Numbered from the stretch's first letter, positions 20,652 to 31,103 are shown. The stretch is 32,000 nt of DNA from Deinococcus radiodurans R1 = ATCC 13939 = DSM 20539 (GCF_000008565.1 NC_001263.1:2293347-2325346), one strand, 5' to 3'. Made by a program: numbers and translations. The notes: generated from the sequence alone by a model not told the origin.

Positions 20652-20732
20652 TTTGACAGAAAAGACCCCCCTCACCCCTGCCTTCGGCAGGCCCTCTCCC
20701 ACAAGGGTAGAGGCTCAAAAACGCAAAACATT
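20652..20732 (+). repeat. small palindromic intergenic repeat, family 3, copy C
   Basis: tttgacagaaaagacccccctcacccctgccttcggcaggccctctcccacaagggtagaggctcaaaaacgcaaaacatt. Its reverse complement aligns with 23792-23881. Confidence 0.8.
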
Positions 20733-20734
20733 AG

Positions 20735-21613
20735 TTACAGGTCGCGCCGGCTCAAACGCCACATTGCCGCCCCTACGGCAAGCAGGGTGAGGACCGCCGC
20801 CCAGACCACCAGCCCGGTCGCCACCGGCTCGCTGCCGAACACCGGGTTAGGTACGCCGCGCCCCGCCTGACGGAGCAGGTCGGGTTGCAGGTGGTAGCTC
20901 GCGCCCAGCCACAGCGCGTTGGTGGGCATCAAAACGTTGGCGACGCGGCCCAGCGTGGACACGGTGGGGTTGTTGGAAATGCTCCCGATGAGGCTCAGGA
21001 TGCCGCCGCTCGACCCCACGCCGTAGAGCACAAAGACGCCGATGCCGTTGGCGAGGGTGGAAAACAGCGTGCTGCCGAGCACCGTCAGCCCGGTGAGCAG
21101 CGCCATCGCCAGTTCGATGAGCGCCAGCGCGGGCCAGATTTCGGGCGGGGTGTAGCCGGTAATGAGGTACACGCCGCCGAGCAGTCCCGCCGAGAGGAGC
21201 GCCACATACGCCATGTTGACGAGTGCAAAGCCCAGCCAGCGCCCCGCCACCAGCCCGGCGCGGCTGACCGGGCGGGCGAGGACGCTCTGCATCACGCCGC
21301 TTTCGATGTCGCCACTTACCGCGCCCACAGTGGACAGCACGCTCATCAGCGAGCCGAGAAAGTACACGAGGTACATCCCGAACATCGTCGCGTACATCAG
21401 CGGCGTGTTGGCGAGCCCGGTGCGGCTGCGGTGCTCCAGCCCAGCCTCGATGGCGCGCTGGTTGAGCTGGTCGTCGATTTTGTAGATGCCGAAGAGGTAA
21501 AAGCCGAGGAACAGGGCGCTGAGCACCAGCAGCACCGCCACCAGTTTTTTCCGCACCGCCTCGCGCAGCGCGAGTTCGGCCATCAGCCGCGCCGAATGCC
21601 AGAAGTTACGCAT
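20735..21613 (-). CDS. ABC-2 type transporter permease
   Basis: 292 aa with about 6 TM segments. Its start overlaps the ATPase stop by 8 nt (21606-21613). Confidence 0.8.
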   Translation of the reverse strand: MRNFWHSARLMAELALREAVRKKLVAVLLVLSALFLGFYLFGIYKIDDQLNQRAIEAGLEHRSRTGLANTPLMYATMFGMYLVYFLGSLMSVLSTVGAVSGDIESGVMQSVLARPVSRAGLVAGRWLGFALVNMAYVALLSAGLLGGVYLITGYTPPEIWPALALIELAMALLTGLTVLGSTLFSTLANGIGVFVLYGVGSSGGILSLIGSISNNPTVSTLGRVANVLMPTNALWLGASYHLQPDLLRQAGRGVPNPVFGSEPVATGLVVWAAVLTLLAVGAAMWRLSRRDL

Positions 21614-22589
21614 GGTGGCCTCCGTGAGCGTGGCCCGCCGGCCCTTCGATGAGTTCCAGGAACAGGCTTTCGAGGTCGGGCCGGCGCGGGGTCAGGGCGT
21701 AGAGTTGCGCGCCCGCCGCGTGAATCGCCGCCGCCACCGCAGGCACCTGCGCTTCACTTTGCAGCCACAGGTCGAGGTCGGCGCGGCCCGGGGTGTTGGT
21801 GTCCTCGCGGTGAATCTCGCCGATGCCCTGCAAGGCGGCGCGCAGCTCGGATGTCAGGCGGTCCACACGCACGCTGACCGGAATCACCCCGCCCATCAGC
21901 TCGCGCATACTGCCCTGCTGCAAGACCCGGCCCGCCTTGACGAAGGCCACCCGGTCACAGACCTGCTCGACTTCCGAGAGCAGGTGCGAATTCAGAAAGA
22001 CCGCCACGCCTTCGCCCTTGAGCCGCTCGATAATCTCGCGCACTTCCACCCGGCCAATCGGGTCGAGCGCCGAGGTCGGTTCGTCCAGAAAGACCAGCTG
22101 GGGCCGCGCCAGAATCGCCCCAGCCAGCCCGCAGCGTTGCAGCATCCCCTTGGAGTAACCGCTGAGCTGCTCGCCGCCGCGTCCGCCGAGGCCGACTTCT
22201 TCGAGCACCTGCGGCACCCGCGTCCGCAACTCATTCGACTTCATTCCGGCGAGCTGGCCGTGAAAGTTCAGGAACTCCTCGGCGGTCATCCACAGTTGAA
22301 AACGGAACTGCTCAGGCAAAAAGCCCAGCCGGGCGCGCACCGCCGGGTCAGCGGGCGAGCCGCACAGCACCCGCGCCTCGCCGCCCGACGGGATGACCAG
22401 CCCCAGCAGCATCTTGACGGTGGTGCTTTTGCCCGCGCCGTTGGGCCCGAGAAACCCGAAGACCTCGCCCGCGCCCACCGTCAGGGTCAGGCCGTCCACC
22501 ACCGCCCGGTCCCGGTAGACTTTGCGTAGCTCGCGGGTCTCGATGACGTTGCCGGGGGCGCCGGCGACTGTTTCAGGGGGAGCACTCAT
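21606..22589 (-). CDS. ABC transporter ATP-binding protein
   Basis: Track ORF 21606..22631 trimmed to the ATG at 22587-22589 (MSAPPETVAG...). It shows Walker A GPNGAGKST, signature LSGYSKGMLQR, Walker B LVFLDEPTSALD, and a C-terminal extension of about 100 aa. Confidence 0.9.
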   Translation of the reverse strand: MSAPPETVAGAPGNVIETRELRKVYRDRAVVDGLTLTVGAGEVFGFLGPNGAGKSTTVKMLLGLVIPSGGEARVLCGSPADPAVRARLGFLPEQFRFQLWMTAEEFLNFHGQLAGMKSNELRTRVPQVLEEVGLGGRGGEQLSGYSKGMLQRCGLAGAILARPQLVFLDEPTSALDPIGRVEVREIIERLKGEGVAVFLNSHLLSEVEQVCDRVAFVKAGRVLQQGSMRELMGGVIPVSVRVDRLTSELRAALQGIGEIHREDTNTPGRADLDLWLQSEAQVPAVAAAIHAAGAQLYALTPRRPDLESLFLELIEGPAGHAHGGHHA

Positions 22590-22752
22590 CCCGGCAGCAT
22601 AGGCGACAGGCTGCCCGCGCGAGTGCGCCAAAAGTTGCAGAAAAGCACGGAAAAGCTGAGGCGGTCAGCCCCCGCGCCTTTCTAAAGATTTCTTGAGCTG
22701 ACCAGCCGTCCTCCTGCGCCGCCAATGCTTTAAGAGTTAAAGTGAGCGGCAT

Positions 22753-23700
22753 ATGGAATACCGCAAACTTGGCAAAAGTGGCCTGAAGGTCAGCGAGGTC
22801 GCCCTCGGCGGCTGGGAAACCTACGGCGTCAACCAGGACGCCTCCAAGATGGTCGGGGACATCGTGCGCGCCGCCTACGACGAGGGCGTGAATTTCTTCG
22901 ACCAAGCCGACGTGTACGCGCGCGGACAGTCCGAGCAACTGATGGGCGCCGTGCTGCGCGACTTTCCCCGGCACACGCTGGTGCTGTCGAGCAAGGTCTT
23001 CTGGCCGATGAGCGACGACGTGAACGACCGCGGGCTGTCGCGCAAGCACGTGCTGGAGAGCATCGACGGCTCGCTGCGCCGCCTGGGCACCGATTACCTC
23101 GACATCTACTTTGCCCACCGCTACGACCCCGAAGTGCCGATGGAAGAAATCGTGATGGCCTTCGACCAGGTCATCCGCGACGGCAAGGCGCTGTACTGGG
23201 GCACCTCCATGTGGCCCGCCGCCCGCATCGCGCAGGCGGTCGAGTTTGCCAAAGCCAACGGCCTGCACGCCCCCGTCACCGAGCAGCCCGAATACTCGAT
23301 GGTGCGCCGCGACCGAGTGGAACAGGAAATCCTGCCCTACACCGAGGGCGCGGGCATCGGCCTGGTCGTCTGGAGCCCGCTGGCGATGGGCCTGCTGACC
23401 GGCAAGTATGACGAAGGCCGGCCCGAGGGCGCCCGCCTGACCGAGAAGGAAAACTGGGCCGGCAGCTACCTCACCGACGAGAACATTCAGAAGGTGCGCG
23501 ACCTGAAATCCATCGCCGACGACCTCGGGGTGACGCGTGCCCAGCTCGCCCTGGCATGGCTGCTGCGGCAAAAGGGCGTGAGCAGCGTGATTACCGGCGC
23601 CACCAAGGTGAATCAGATTCAGGACACCGTCAAGGCGGCGGGCGTGCGCCTGAGCGACGACGTGCAGCGCCGCATCGAGGACATCCTCAAGCCGGCCTGA
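22753..23700 (+). CDS. aldo/keto reductase (Kv-beta-subunit-like AKR)
   Basis: 315 aa: MEYRKLGKSGLKVSEVALGGW...FFDQADVYARGQSEQLMG...YLDIYFAHRYD... Confidence 0.9.
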   Translation: MEYRKLGKSGLKVSEVALGGWETYGVNQDASKMVGDIVRAAYDEGVNFFDQADVYARGQSEQLMGAVLRDFPRHTLVLSSKVFWPMSDDVNDRGLSRKHVLESIDGSLRRLGTDYLDIYFAHRYDPEVPMEEIVMAFDQVIRDGKALYWGTSMWPAARIAQAVEFAKANGLHAPVTEQPEYSMVRRDRVEQEILPYTEGAGIGLVVWSPLAMGLLTGKYDEGRPEGARLTEKENWAGSYLTDENIQKVRDLKSIADDLGVTRAQLALAWLLRQKGVSSVITGATKVNQIQDTVKAAGVRLSDDVQRRIEDILKPA

Positions 23701-23731
23701 GCGTCGAGCGACACGCTCAGGACAGATAGGG

Positions 23732-23759
23732 GGCACTGGCAAATGCTGGTGCCTTTTTT
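23732..23759 (+). terminator. rho-independent terminator after the AKR gene
   Basis: ggcactggc aaat gctggtgcc (9-bp stem including 2 G-U pairs, 23732-23753) followed by TTTTTT (23754-23759). Confidence 0.7.
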
Positions 23760-23791
23760 GTTCTGCTTACCCTTGGAGTATTTGACATAAG

Positions 23792-23881
23792 AATGCTTTG
23801 CGTTTCTGACCCTCTACCCTCGTGGGAGAGGGCCTTTGCGGAGCAAAGGGGTGAGGGGGCGTCCCGACCACCTCTGACAAA
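23792..23881 (-). repeat. small palindromic intergenic repeat, family 3, copy D
   Basis: aatgctttgcgtttctgaccctctaccctcgtgggagagggcctttgcggagcaaaggggtgaggggg... It contains internal hairpins ccctct..agaggg and cctttgc..gcaaagg, and is inverted relative to copy C. Confidence 0.8.
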
Positions 23882-23965
23882 ACCTCAACCTGACAACTGC
23901 TCTGGCTGCCCCATTTCCCTGGCCCTCTCGTCCTCAGCCCTGGTCAGCCCTGCCCCACCTCTCTC

Positions 23966-24598
23966 ATGAGAGCGGCGGCTAGAGTGCAGCCCGTGCAGAA
24001 CGTCGGCCCACTCGCCCTCCTTGGGATTCTGGTCTTTGCTCTGGTGTTCGCCCTGCTGCCCAGCGGGAACGCGCCCAGAGCGCAAACCGGCGTCACCCTG
24101 CAAAACGTGCAGCTGACGCTCTACCCCGCCCGCGACCCCGAGGCGGTGTGGCAGTTTCGGGCCGCCGGGGTCAAGAACGACCCGGTCAGCAGCACCACCG
24201 AACTCAGCCGCATCACGGACGGCCAGCGCCTGCTGCGTGCCCGCAACCCGGACGGCAGCTTCAGCGGTGCCGAAACGCTCGACGCCACCATCGCCGCCCC
24301 CAGCCTGACCATCAACGGCCAAGACGACATGGTGACGCCCCGCGCCGACATCACCCTCGTCAAGGAATGCGCCGACCTGTCGCTCGACGGCACGGCCGCG
24401 CAGCCGGTGAAAATCGAGCAAGGCTACGGCTTTTCCGCGCCGCACGCCAAGCTCGATTCGCCGGCCATCAAGGGCGAAATTCAGGACCTGCGGATGGATT
24501 TTCAATTCAACGTCGAGCAGGCCGGAGCCCAGTCCAATTTCGGCTGGGACCCGGATGCCAGCGAAACCTGCCGGGACGGCAAGCGCGTGCCGCTCTGA
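23966..24598 (+). CDS. membrane-anchored LptC-like protein (hypothetical)
   Basis: 210 aa with a single N-terminal TM segment (GPLALLGILVFALVFALL) and then a beta-rich periplasmic part. It is the first gene of a cluster with two OstA/LptA-like genes. The assignment rests on architecture and context only. Confidence 0.5.
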   Translation: MRAAARVQPVQNVGPLALLGILVFALVFALLPSGNAPRAQTGVTLQNVQLTLYPARDPEAVWQFRAAGVKNDPVSSTTELSRITDGQRLLRARNPDGSFSGAETLDATIAAPSLTINGQDDMVTPRADITLVKECADLSLDGTAAQPVKIEQGYGFSAPHAKLDSPAIKGEIQDLRMDFQFNVEQAGAQSNFGWDPDASETCRDGKRVPL

Positions 24599-24667
24599 GC
24601 CCTCATCACTGGGGACCGACCCGTCCGCTCCCACTGTTCACCCCTACTGCCCACCAGGAGACTTGCC

Positions 24668-25579
24668 ATGAAAAAGATTGCCCTGATTGCTGCCGTGTCC
24701 ACCGCTCTGCTGACCCCCGCCGTCCTCGCGGCGCAGTCCAACCCCTCCGCCGGGACTGAAAAACGCATCATCAACTTTCAGGGGGCCCCGACGGGCAACC
24801 TGCGAACGGGTCCGCTCACTTTTACCGGCAGCCCGGTCAAGGCGACGGTGAGCACGCTGCAAATCACGGCGCCCAAAGCGGTTCTCAGCGCCCCCGCCGG
24901 CACCGCCATCGTGGAGGCCAAAGGCAGGCGCACCGGCGAATTTTCCGGTCCCGTGACCGTGTCGCGTGGCCGCCTGAGCGCCAGGGGCGGCAGCCTGACC
25001 TACAGCGAAGCGTCGGGCAACGGCATCCTGAAGGGCAACCCCAGCGCGACCTTCGTGCCCGAGGACAGGAAAGACGGCGACCCGGTGAACATCAGCGCCG
25101 CGCAGATGAGCCTGGACGTGGACACCAACGTCTCGACGAGCACCGGCGGCGTGAAGCTGGTCAGCGGCGAGCAGACGGGCCGCGCCGACAAGCTGATTTT
25201 CGACGAGGACCGCGAACTCGCGCAGCTCACCGGCACGCCCACCCTGACCCGCGCCGCCAAGCAGGGCCAGAAGGAACTCGTCATCAGCGGCGACGAGGTG
25301 CGGGCGCTCACCAAGGACAAGACGCTGTACGTGAGCGGCGGTGTCAAGCTGGTGCAGGGCACGACGACGACCACTGGCGACGCGGTGTACTACAACGACG
25401 ACAAGGACGTGGCTTACGTGGTGGGCAACGCGGTGAGCGTGGACTCCAAGAGCAAGGTGACGCTGCGCGCGCCCAAGAGCGGCTATCTGGAGCAGAACAC
25501 CAAGTTTGCCCGCGTGAGCGTGAAAAACGGCACCTTCAACATTCCCACGGCGCAGTTCAAGCTGCGCGGCGAGAAGTAA
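24668..25579 (+). CDS. OstA/LptA-like periplasmic protein (repeated OstA_N-type beta-jellyroll segments)
   Basis: Signal peptide [23 protein letters not shown]. It contains repeated segments of the type A(D/G)xLxYxxxxxxxxLxGNP/GGVKLVxG (for example [21 protein letters not shown] and [20 protein letters not shown]). Confidence 0.6.
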   Translation: MKKIALIAAVSTALLTPAVLAAQSNPSAGTEKRIINFQGAPTGNLRTGPLTFTGSPVKATVSTLQITAPKAVLSAPAGTAIVEAKGRRTGEFSGPVTVSRGRLSARGGSLTYSEASGNGILKGNPSATFVPEDRKDGDPVNISAAQMSLDVDTNVSTSTGGVKLVSGEQTGRADKLIFDEDRELAQLTGTPTLTRAAKQGQKELVISGDEVRALTKDKTLYVSGGVKLVQGTTTTTGDAVYYNDDKDVAYVVGNAVSVDSKSKVTLRAPKSGYLEQNTKFARVSVKNGTFNIPTAQFKLRGEK

Positions 25580-25600
25580 GGCGGGGAGGGCAGACGGGCC

Positions 25601-26701
25601 ATGCCTGAGCGCCGCTTTCTTCCCGCTCCGCTGCTGGGGGTTTCCCTGCTGACTGCGGCCCTGTGCGGCTCGGTGCTGTGGGGAGCGGCGCACGCCCAGG
25701 ACACTGCGCCTGCCCCTCAGTCGGCACCAGCAACCGCGCAACCGGCGGCTTCTTCCACCGAGACGGCCCCGACTCAGACTGCCCCCAGCCCCAGCGAGGC
25801 CGCCCCCGACATCAACGCCCCGACCGCCCACGAGCAGGCCGGGCGCTGCGTGGAGGGCACCGAGCAGACCTGCATGGACCTGGTGCGCCGCAGCAAGGAC
25901 GGCGAGGAGCGCCGGATCATGGTCATTCGCACCGGCAGCGACGACACCACCGGCATCTACGCCCTGTGTACCCCGCAGGACGACGAGCCCGAGGACGCCC
26001 CGAACGTGGGCGTGTTCAGCGAAAGCGGCGCGGGCGGGATTCGCATCGTCATCGACAAGAACCTCATTCAGGCGCCGCTGGCGGTGGTGACGCAGCAGGC
26101 GGCCAAGAGTGACGGTGAGGGAGAGGCCGCCGAGGGCAGCGATGGCCGGGTGGAAGCGAGCAGCGGCACCGCCCGCTTTCTCGACGACGTGCCCGAAGGT
26201 CAGACCGACCGGCTCGCGCGCTGCGGCGTGGCTGTGGACCGCAAGCCCACGCCCGGCACCGTGCGCGTGACCCAGGGCAAGACCCACCTGACCGGGCAGA
26301 CCCTCAACTACGACGGCGACGACGGCATTGCCCGCATCGCCGGTCCCATTACTTTTCAGCGCGACGACCAGGAAGACCCGTTGTCGGGTGAGAGCAAGAA
26401 TATCGAAATCAACGTGGACACTGAGGCCACCGTGCTCGTCGGCGACGTGGTGCTGCGCAGCAAGGGCGGGCGCGTGAGCAAGGCGGGCCGGGTGGAGTAC
26501 GACGACCAGGCGAACACCGCCCGGCTCTACGCCACCCCCGAACAGCCTGCCGAGAGCGTGCGCGGCAACGACGTGCTGCGTATCAGCAGCGGCGTCATCG
26601 TGTACAACCTCGAAAAGAACGAGGTCTACACCAACGCGGGCGAGGGCGGCAACATCACCGGCGAGTTTCAGGACGAGGCGGCGCCAGATACGAGTCCCTG
26701 A
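25601..26701 (+). CDS. secreted protein with a Pro/Ala/Thr-rich linker and a C-terminal OstA-like region
   Basis: Signal-like N-terminus, low-complexity [34 protein letters not shown], then [21 protein letters not shown] and [17 protein letters not shown], which fit the OstA_N pattern. Confidence 0.55.
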   Translation: MPERRFLPAPLLGVSLLTAALCGSVLWGAAHAQDTAPAPQSAPATAQPAASSTETAPTQTAPSPSEAAPDINAPTAHEQAGRCVEGTEQTCMDLVRRSKDGEERRIMVIRTGSDDTTGIYALCTPQDDEPEDAPNVGVFSESGAGGIRIVIDKNLIQAPLAVVTQQAAKSDGEGEAAEGSDGRVEASSGTARFLDDVPEGQTDRLARCGVAVDRKPTPGTVRVTQGKTHLTGQTLNYDGDDGIARIAGPITFQRDDQEDPLSGESKNIEINVDTEATVLVGDVVLRSKGGRVSKAGRVEYDDQANTARLYATPEQPAESVRGNDVLRISSGVIVYNLEKNEVYTNAGEGGNITGEFQDEAAPDTSP

Positions 26702-26711
26702 CGTCTCTTGT

Positions 26712-26754
26712 CCACCGCGCCGTGCCCATCGCCCTTGCTGGCGGTGGGTTTTTT
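26712..26754 (+). terminator. candidate terminator after the OstA-like cluster
   Basis: ccaccgc / gcggtgg stem (26712-26718 pairs with 26741-26747), 22-nt loop, T-run at 26749-26754. It overlaps the N-terminal extension of track ORF 26722, which supports the later start at 26797. Confidence 0.5.
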
Positions 26755-26796
26755 CGTGTTTCTGCACCGCCAGCTCGAACGCCGTACCCTGAAGCC

Positions 26797-27162
26797 ATGT
26801 CCTACGCCGAAGTCCTGGGGATGACCATACTCGACGCCTCGCCCGACCTGACGCGGGTGGCCCTGACCGTGACGGAGGCGGGCCTGAACATGCACGGCAC
26901 CGCGCACGGCGGCCTGATCTTCAGCCTCGCCGACGAAGCGTTCGCCGTCATCAGCAACCTGGACGCGCAGGCGGTCGCCGCCGAAACGCATATGAGCTTT
27001 TTCCGCGCCGCCCGTGAGGGAGAGCGGCTCGTCGCCGTCGCCACGCCCGAGCGGGTGGGCCGGACCCTGGCGACCTACCGCATCGAGGTGCGCCGGGGCG
27101 AGGAGGGCGAAGTGCTGGCGCTGTTTCTCGGCACAGTGTCGCGGCGGGAAAAGCAGAGCTAA
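26797..27162 (+). CDS. PaaI-family hotdog thioesterase
   Basis: Track ORF 26722..27162 trimmed to ATG 26797 (MSYAEVLGMTILDASPD...). NMHGTAHGGLIFSLADEAFA is the PaaI/4HBT class II signature. Confidence 0.8.
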   Translation: MSYAEVLGMTILDASPDLTRVALTVTEAGLNMHGTAHGGLIFSLADEAFAVISNLDAQAVAAETHMSFFRAAREGERLVAVATPERVGRTLATYRIEVRRGEEGEVLALFLGTVSRREKQS

Positions 27163-27189
27163 AAAAGCCCCGCATCACCAGAGACACGG

Positions 27190-27230
27190 GAATAAAAAGA
27201 GGTGCGGGGGCGTGTCAGCCTCCCGCACCT
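27190..27230 (-). terminator. terminator after the subtilase gene (possibly bidirectional)
   Basis: aggtgcggg / cccgcacct 9-bp stem (27200-27208 pairs with 27222-27230), followed on the minus strand by ctttttatt (complement of 27191-27199). Confidence 0.6.
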
Positions 27231-27250
27231 TCAACTTTGTATTTTCAGGT

Positions 27251-28084
<834 letters not shown>

Positions 28085-28100
28085 GCTTGAGGGGCGCACA

Positions 28101-28120
28101 CTCGTGACTTCAGTCATGAG
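28101..28120 (+). repeat. left-end subterminal imperfect palindrome (TnpA recognition hairpin)
   Basis: ctcgtgac ttca gtcatgag (8-bp stem with one G-T), 16 nt from the left cleavage point. It is nested within a gaggggc/gcccctc stem (28089-28095 pairs with 28124-30) and followed by a tcgccct-gaaa-agggcga hairpin (28131-28148). Confidence 0.75.
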
Positions 28121-28177
28121 TTAGCCCCTCTCGCCCTGAAAAGGGCGATGAAAAGCGGAAGCCTCTAGCTTTTCCAG

Positions 28178-28600
28178 ATGACATATGTTATTCTTCCCCT
28201 TGAGATGAAGAAAGGCCGGGGTTACGTCTATCAGCTTGAATACCACCTCATCTGGTGCGTGAAATACCGTCATCAGGTGTTGGTGGGTGAGGTTGCTGAT
28301 GGACTGAAAGACATCCTGCGTGACATTGCCGCTCAGAACGGGCTGGAAGTCATCACGATGGAAGTCATGCCTGACCACGTTCACCTCCTGCTAAGCGCAA
28401 CCCCACAGCAAGCCATCCCCGACTTCGTGAAGGCGCTGAAAGGCGCTTCCGCACGTCGGATGTTCGTGGCCTACCCGCAGTTGAAAGAAAAGCTGTGGGG
28501 CGGCAATCTCTGGAACCCGTCGTATTGCATCCTGACTGTTTCTGAAAACACCCGCGCTCAGATTCAGAAATACATAGAGAGCCAGCATGATAAGGAATAA
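28178..28600 (+). CDS. tnpA: IS200/IS605 Y1 (HUH) transposase TnpA
   Basis: 140 aa. The HUH motif is HVH (H67/H69 in PDHVHLLL) and the catalytic Tyr is at 132 (QKYIESQ). It overlaps tnpB by 14 nt. Confidence 0.95.
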
Positions 28601-29813
28601 GGCTTTCGTGGTCAGGCTGTACCCAAATGCGGCTCAGACTGAACTGATTAACCGCACGCTGGGTAGCGCAAGGTTCGTCTACAACCACTTCCTTGCCCGT
28701 CGCATTGCGGCCTACAAGGAAAGCGGGAAGGGACTGACCTACGGGCAAACGAGTAGCGAACTGACCCTTCTGAAGCAGGCTGAAGAAACCTCCTGGCTCT
28801 CGGAAGTAGATAAGTTTGCTTTGCAGAACTCGCTGAAAAACCTTGAGACCGCGTACAAGAACTTCTTTCGGACTGTGAAGCAGTCCGGTAAAAAGGTAGG
28901 ATTCCCACGTTTCAGAAAGAAGCGCACGGGAGAGTCCTACCGGACTCAATTCACCAACAACAACATCCAAATTGGGGAAGGTAGGCTCAAACTTCCTAAG
29001 CTGGGATGGGTGAAAACCAAGGGCCAGCAGGATATTCAAGGGAAGATTCTGAATGTCACTGTGCGCCGTATTCACGAAGGCCATTACGAAGCGTCCGTTC
29101 TCTGTGAAGTCGAGATTCCCTACCTGCCTGCGGCTCCCAAGTTTGCAGCGGGTGTGGATGTCGGCATCAAGGATTTTGCCATCGTGACCGATGGCGTGAG
29201 GTTTAAGCATGAACAGAATCCGAAATATTACCGCTCCACCCTGAAAAGACTTCGTAAAGCTCAGCAAACCCTGTCCAGACGGAAGAAGGGCAGCGCACGT
29301 TACGGGAAAGCGAAAACCAAGCTGGCTCGGATTCACAAGCGCATTGTCAATAAGCGTCAGGATTTCCTTCACAAGCTCACCACCTCCCTGGTGCGTGAGT
29401 ACGAAATCATCGGAACCGAACACCTTAAACCCGACAACATGCGGAAAAATCGCCGCCTTGCACTGAGCATCAGTGATGCGGGCTGGGGTGAGTTCATCCG
29501 GCAGTTGGAATACAAGGCAGCGTGGTACGGGCGACTGGTATCTAAAGTCAGCCCCTACTTTCCATCTAGCCAGTTGTGTCATGACTGCGGATTCAAGAAT
29601 CCCGAAGTGAAGAATCTTGCCGTCCGTACATGGACTTGCCCGAACTGTGGGGAAACCCATGACCGAGACGAGAACGCTGCGCTGAACATTCGGCGTGAAG
29701 CGTTGGTGGCTGCGGGAATCTCAGACACCTTAAACGCTCATGGAGGCTATGTCAGACCTGCTTCGGCGGGCAATGGTCTGCGAAGTGAGAATCACGCGAC
29801 TTTAGTCGTGTGA
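28587..29813 (+). CDS. tnpB: TnpB (OrfB_IS605), RuvC-fold RNA-guided DNA endonuclease
   Basis: 408 aa. The RuvC triad is D191 (GVDVG, 29157-29159), E278 (GTEHL, 29418-29420) and D361 (RDENAALN, 29667-29669). The zinc finger is C331-x2-C334 ... C351-x2-C354. The stop lies 7 nt from the element end. Confidence 0.95.
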
Positions 29814-29820
29814 GGTTCAA

Positions 29821-29836
<16 letters not shown>
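29671..29836 (+). ncRNA. predicted omega-RNA / reRNA of TnpB (scaffold from the tnpB 3' end plus right end, and a 16-nt guide from flanking DNA)
   Basis: Placed from established knowledge of ISDra2-type TnpB. The 3' boundary of the scaffold is the element end (29820) and the guide is 29821-29836 (gccggcaatcacgccc). The 5' boundary is not determinable from sequence, so I assumed about 150 nt. Visible structure: cagacc/ggtctg (29753-58 pairs with 29775-80), gtga-gaa-tcac (29785-95) and cacgcgac-ttta-gtcgtgtg (29793-29812). Confidence 0.6.
29793..29812 (+). repeat. right-end subterminal imperfect palindrome (TnpA recognition hairpin)
   Basis: cacgcgac ttta gtcgtgtg, 8 nt from the right end. It resembles the left-end hairpin position by position (c.cg.gac tt.a gtc.tg.g). 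Confidence 0.75.
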
Positions 29837-30585
<749 letters not shown>

Positions 30586-31103
30586 GGTGGTCCTCCTGAC
30601 TTCCTGCGGCTGCCACGACCCAACGCTCAGCCCAGGCGCCCACCCCAGAAGGCGGCGCCCAGCCGTTCGGGGTGTGACCACTCGGCTTGGAATTGGAGAG
30701 AAGATAGGGGCCAGCGCCCCGCGTGTGAAGATCACGCAATTTTTCTTATTCGCTTCTCACAGGTGAAAACTTCTGTCAAGGGACAGCTTTCCGACGTGTC
30801 CCACAGAGAAAAGTGGTGTTCGGTATATCGGGACGGCATCTTCATGTAAGATTTTTGTTTGAAATCTTTGGAAGGTCTTTTCGATTTATGACGCAACAGG
30901 ATTTCCTAAAGAGGTCAAGTTGACGGCGTTTCTGCCAAGATTTGCCGGGTTTTTCACACTTTATTTCGTCTGGTCGTCTGGCGAGGCAGCGGAAAGGTCT
31001 AGATTTTCGCCCAGTCGCTGAAGGTGAAAGAGGGCCTGTTTTCTCCCCGACTCCACCTTTTGGCGGACGCAACTCTGGCCCAGTCAGGCGCGTACTATCA
31101 GTC

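Larger units (their letters stand above)
28085..29820 (+). mobile_element. IS200/IS605-family insertion sequence (ISDra2-like), 1736 bp, tnpA plus tnpB
   Basis: Boundaries are deduced to the base. Joining 28084 to 29821 restores ...GSNSGVIAG|INWAVGNKG... in the subtilase. There are no terminal inverted repeats and no target duplication. Both ends have subterminal hairpins. GC is visibly lower than in the flanks. Confidence 0.95.

Noticed and set aside
23776-23795. RDRM (radiation/desiccation response motif, DdrO operator)-like half-site ttatgtcaaatactcca, seen on the reverse strand.
   Set aside because: Only one half of the 17-bp palindrome matches. The second arm is not complementary.
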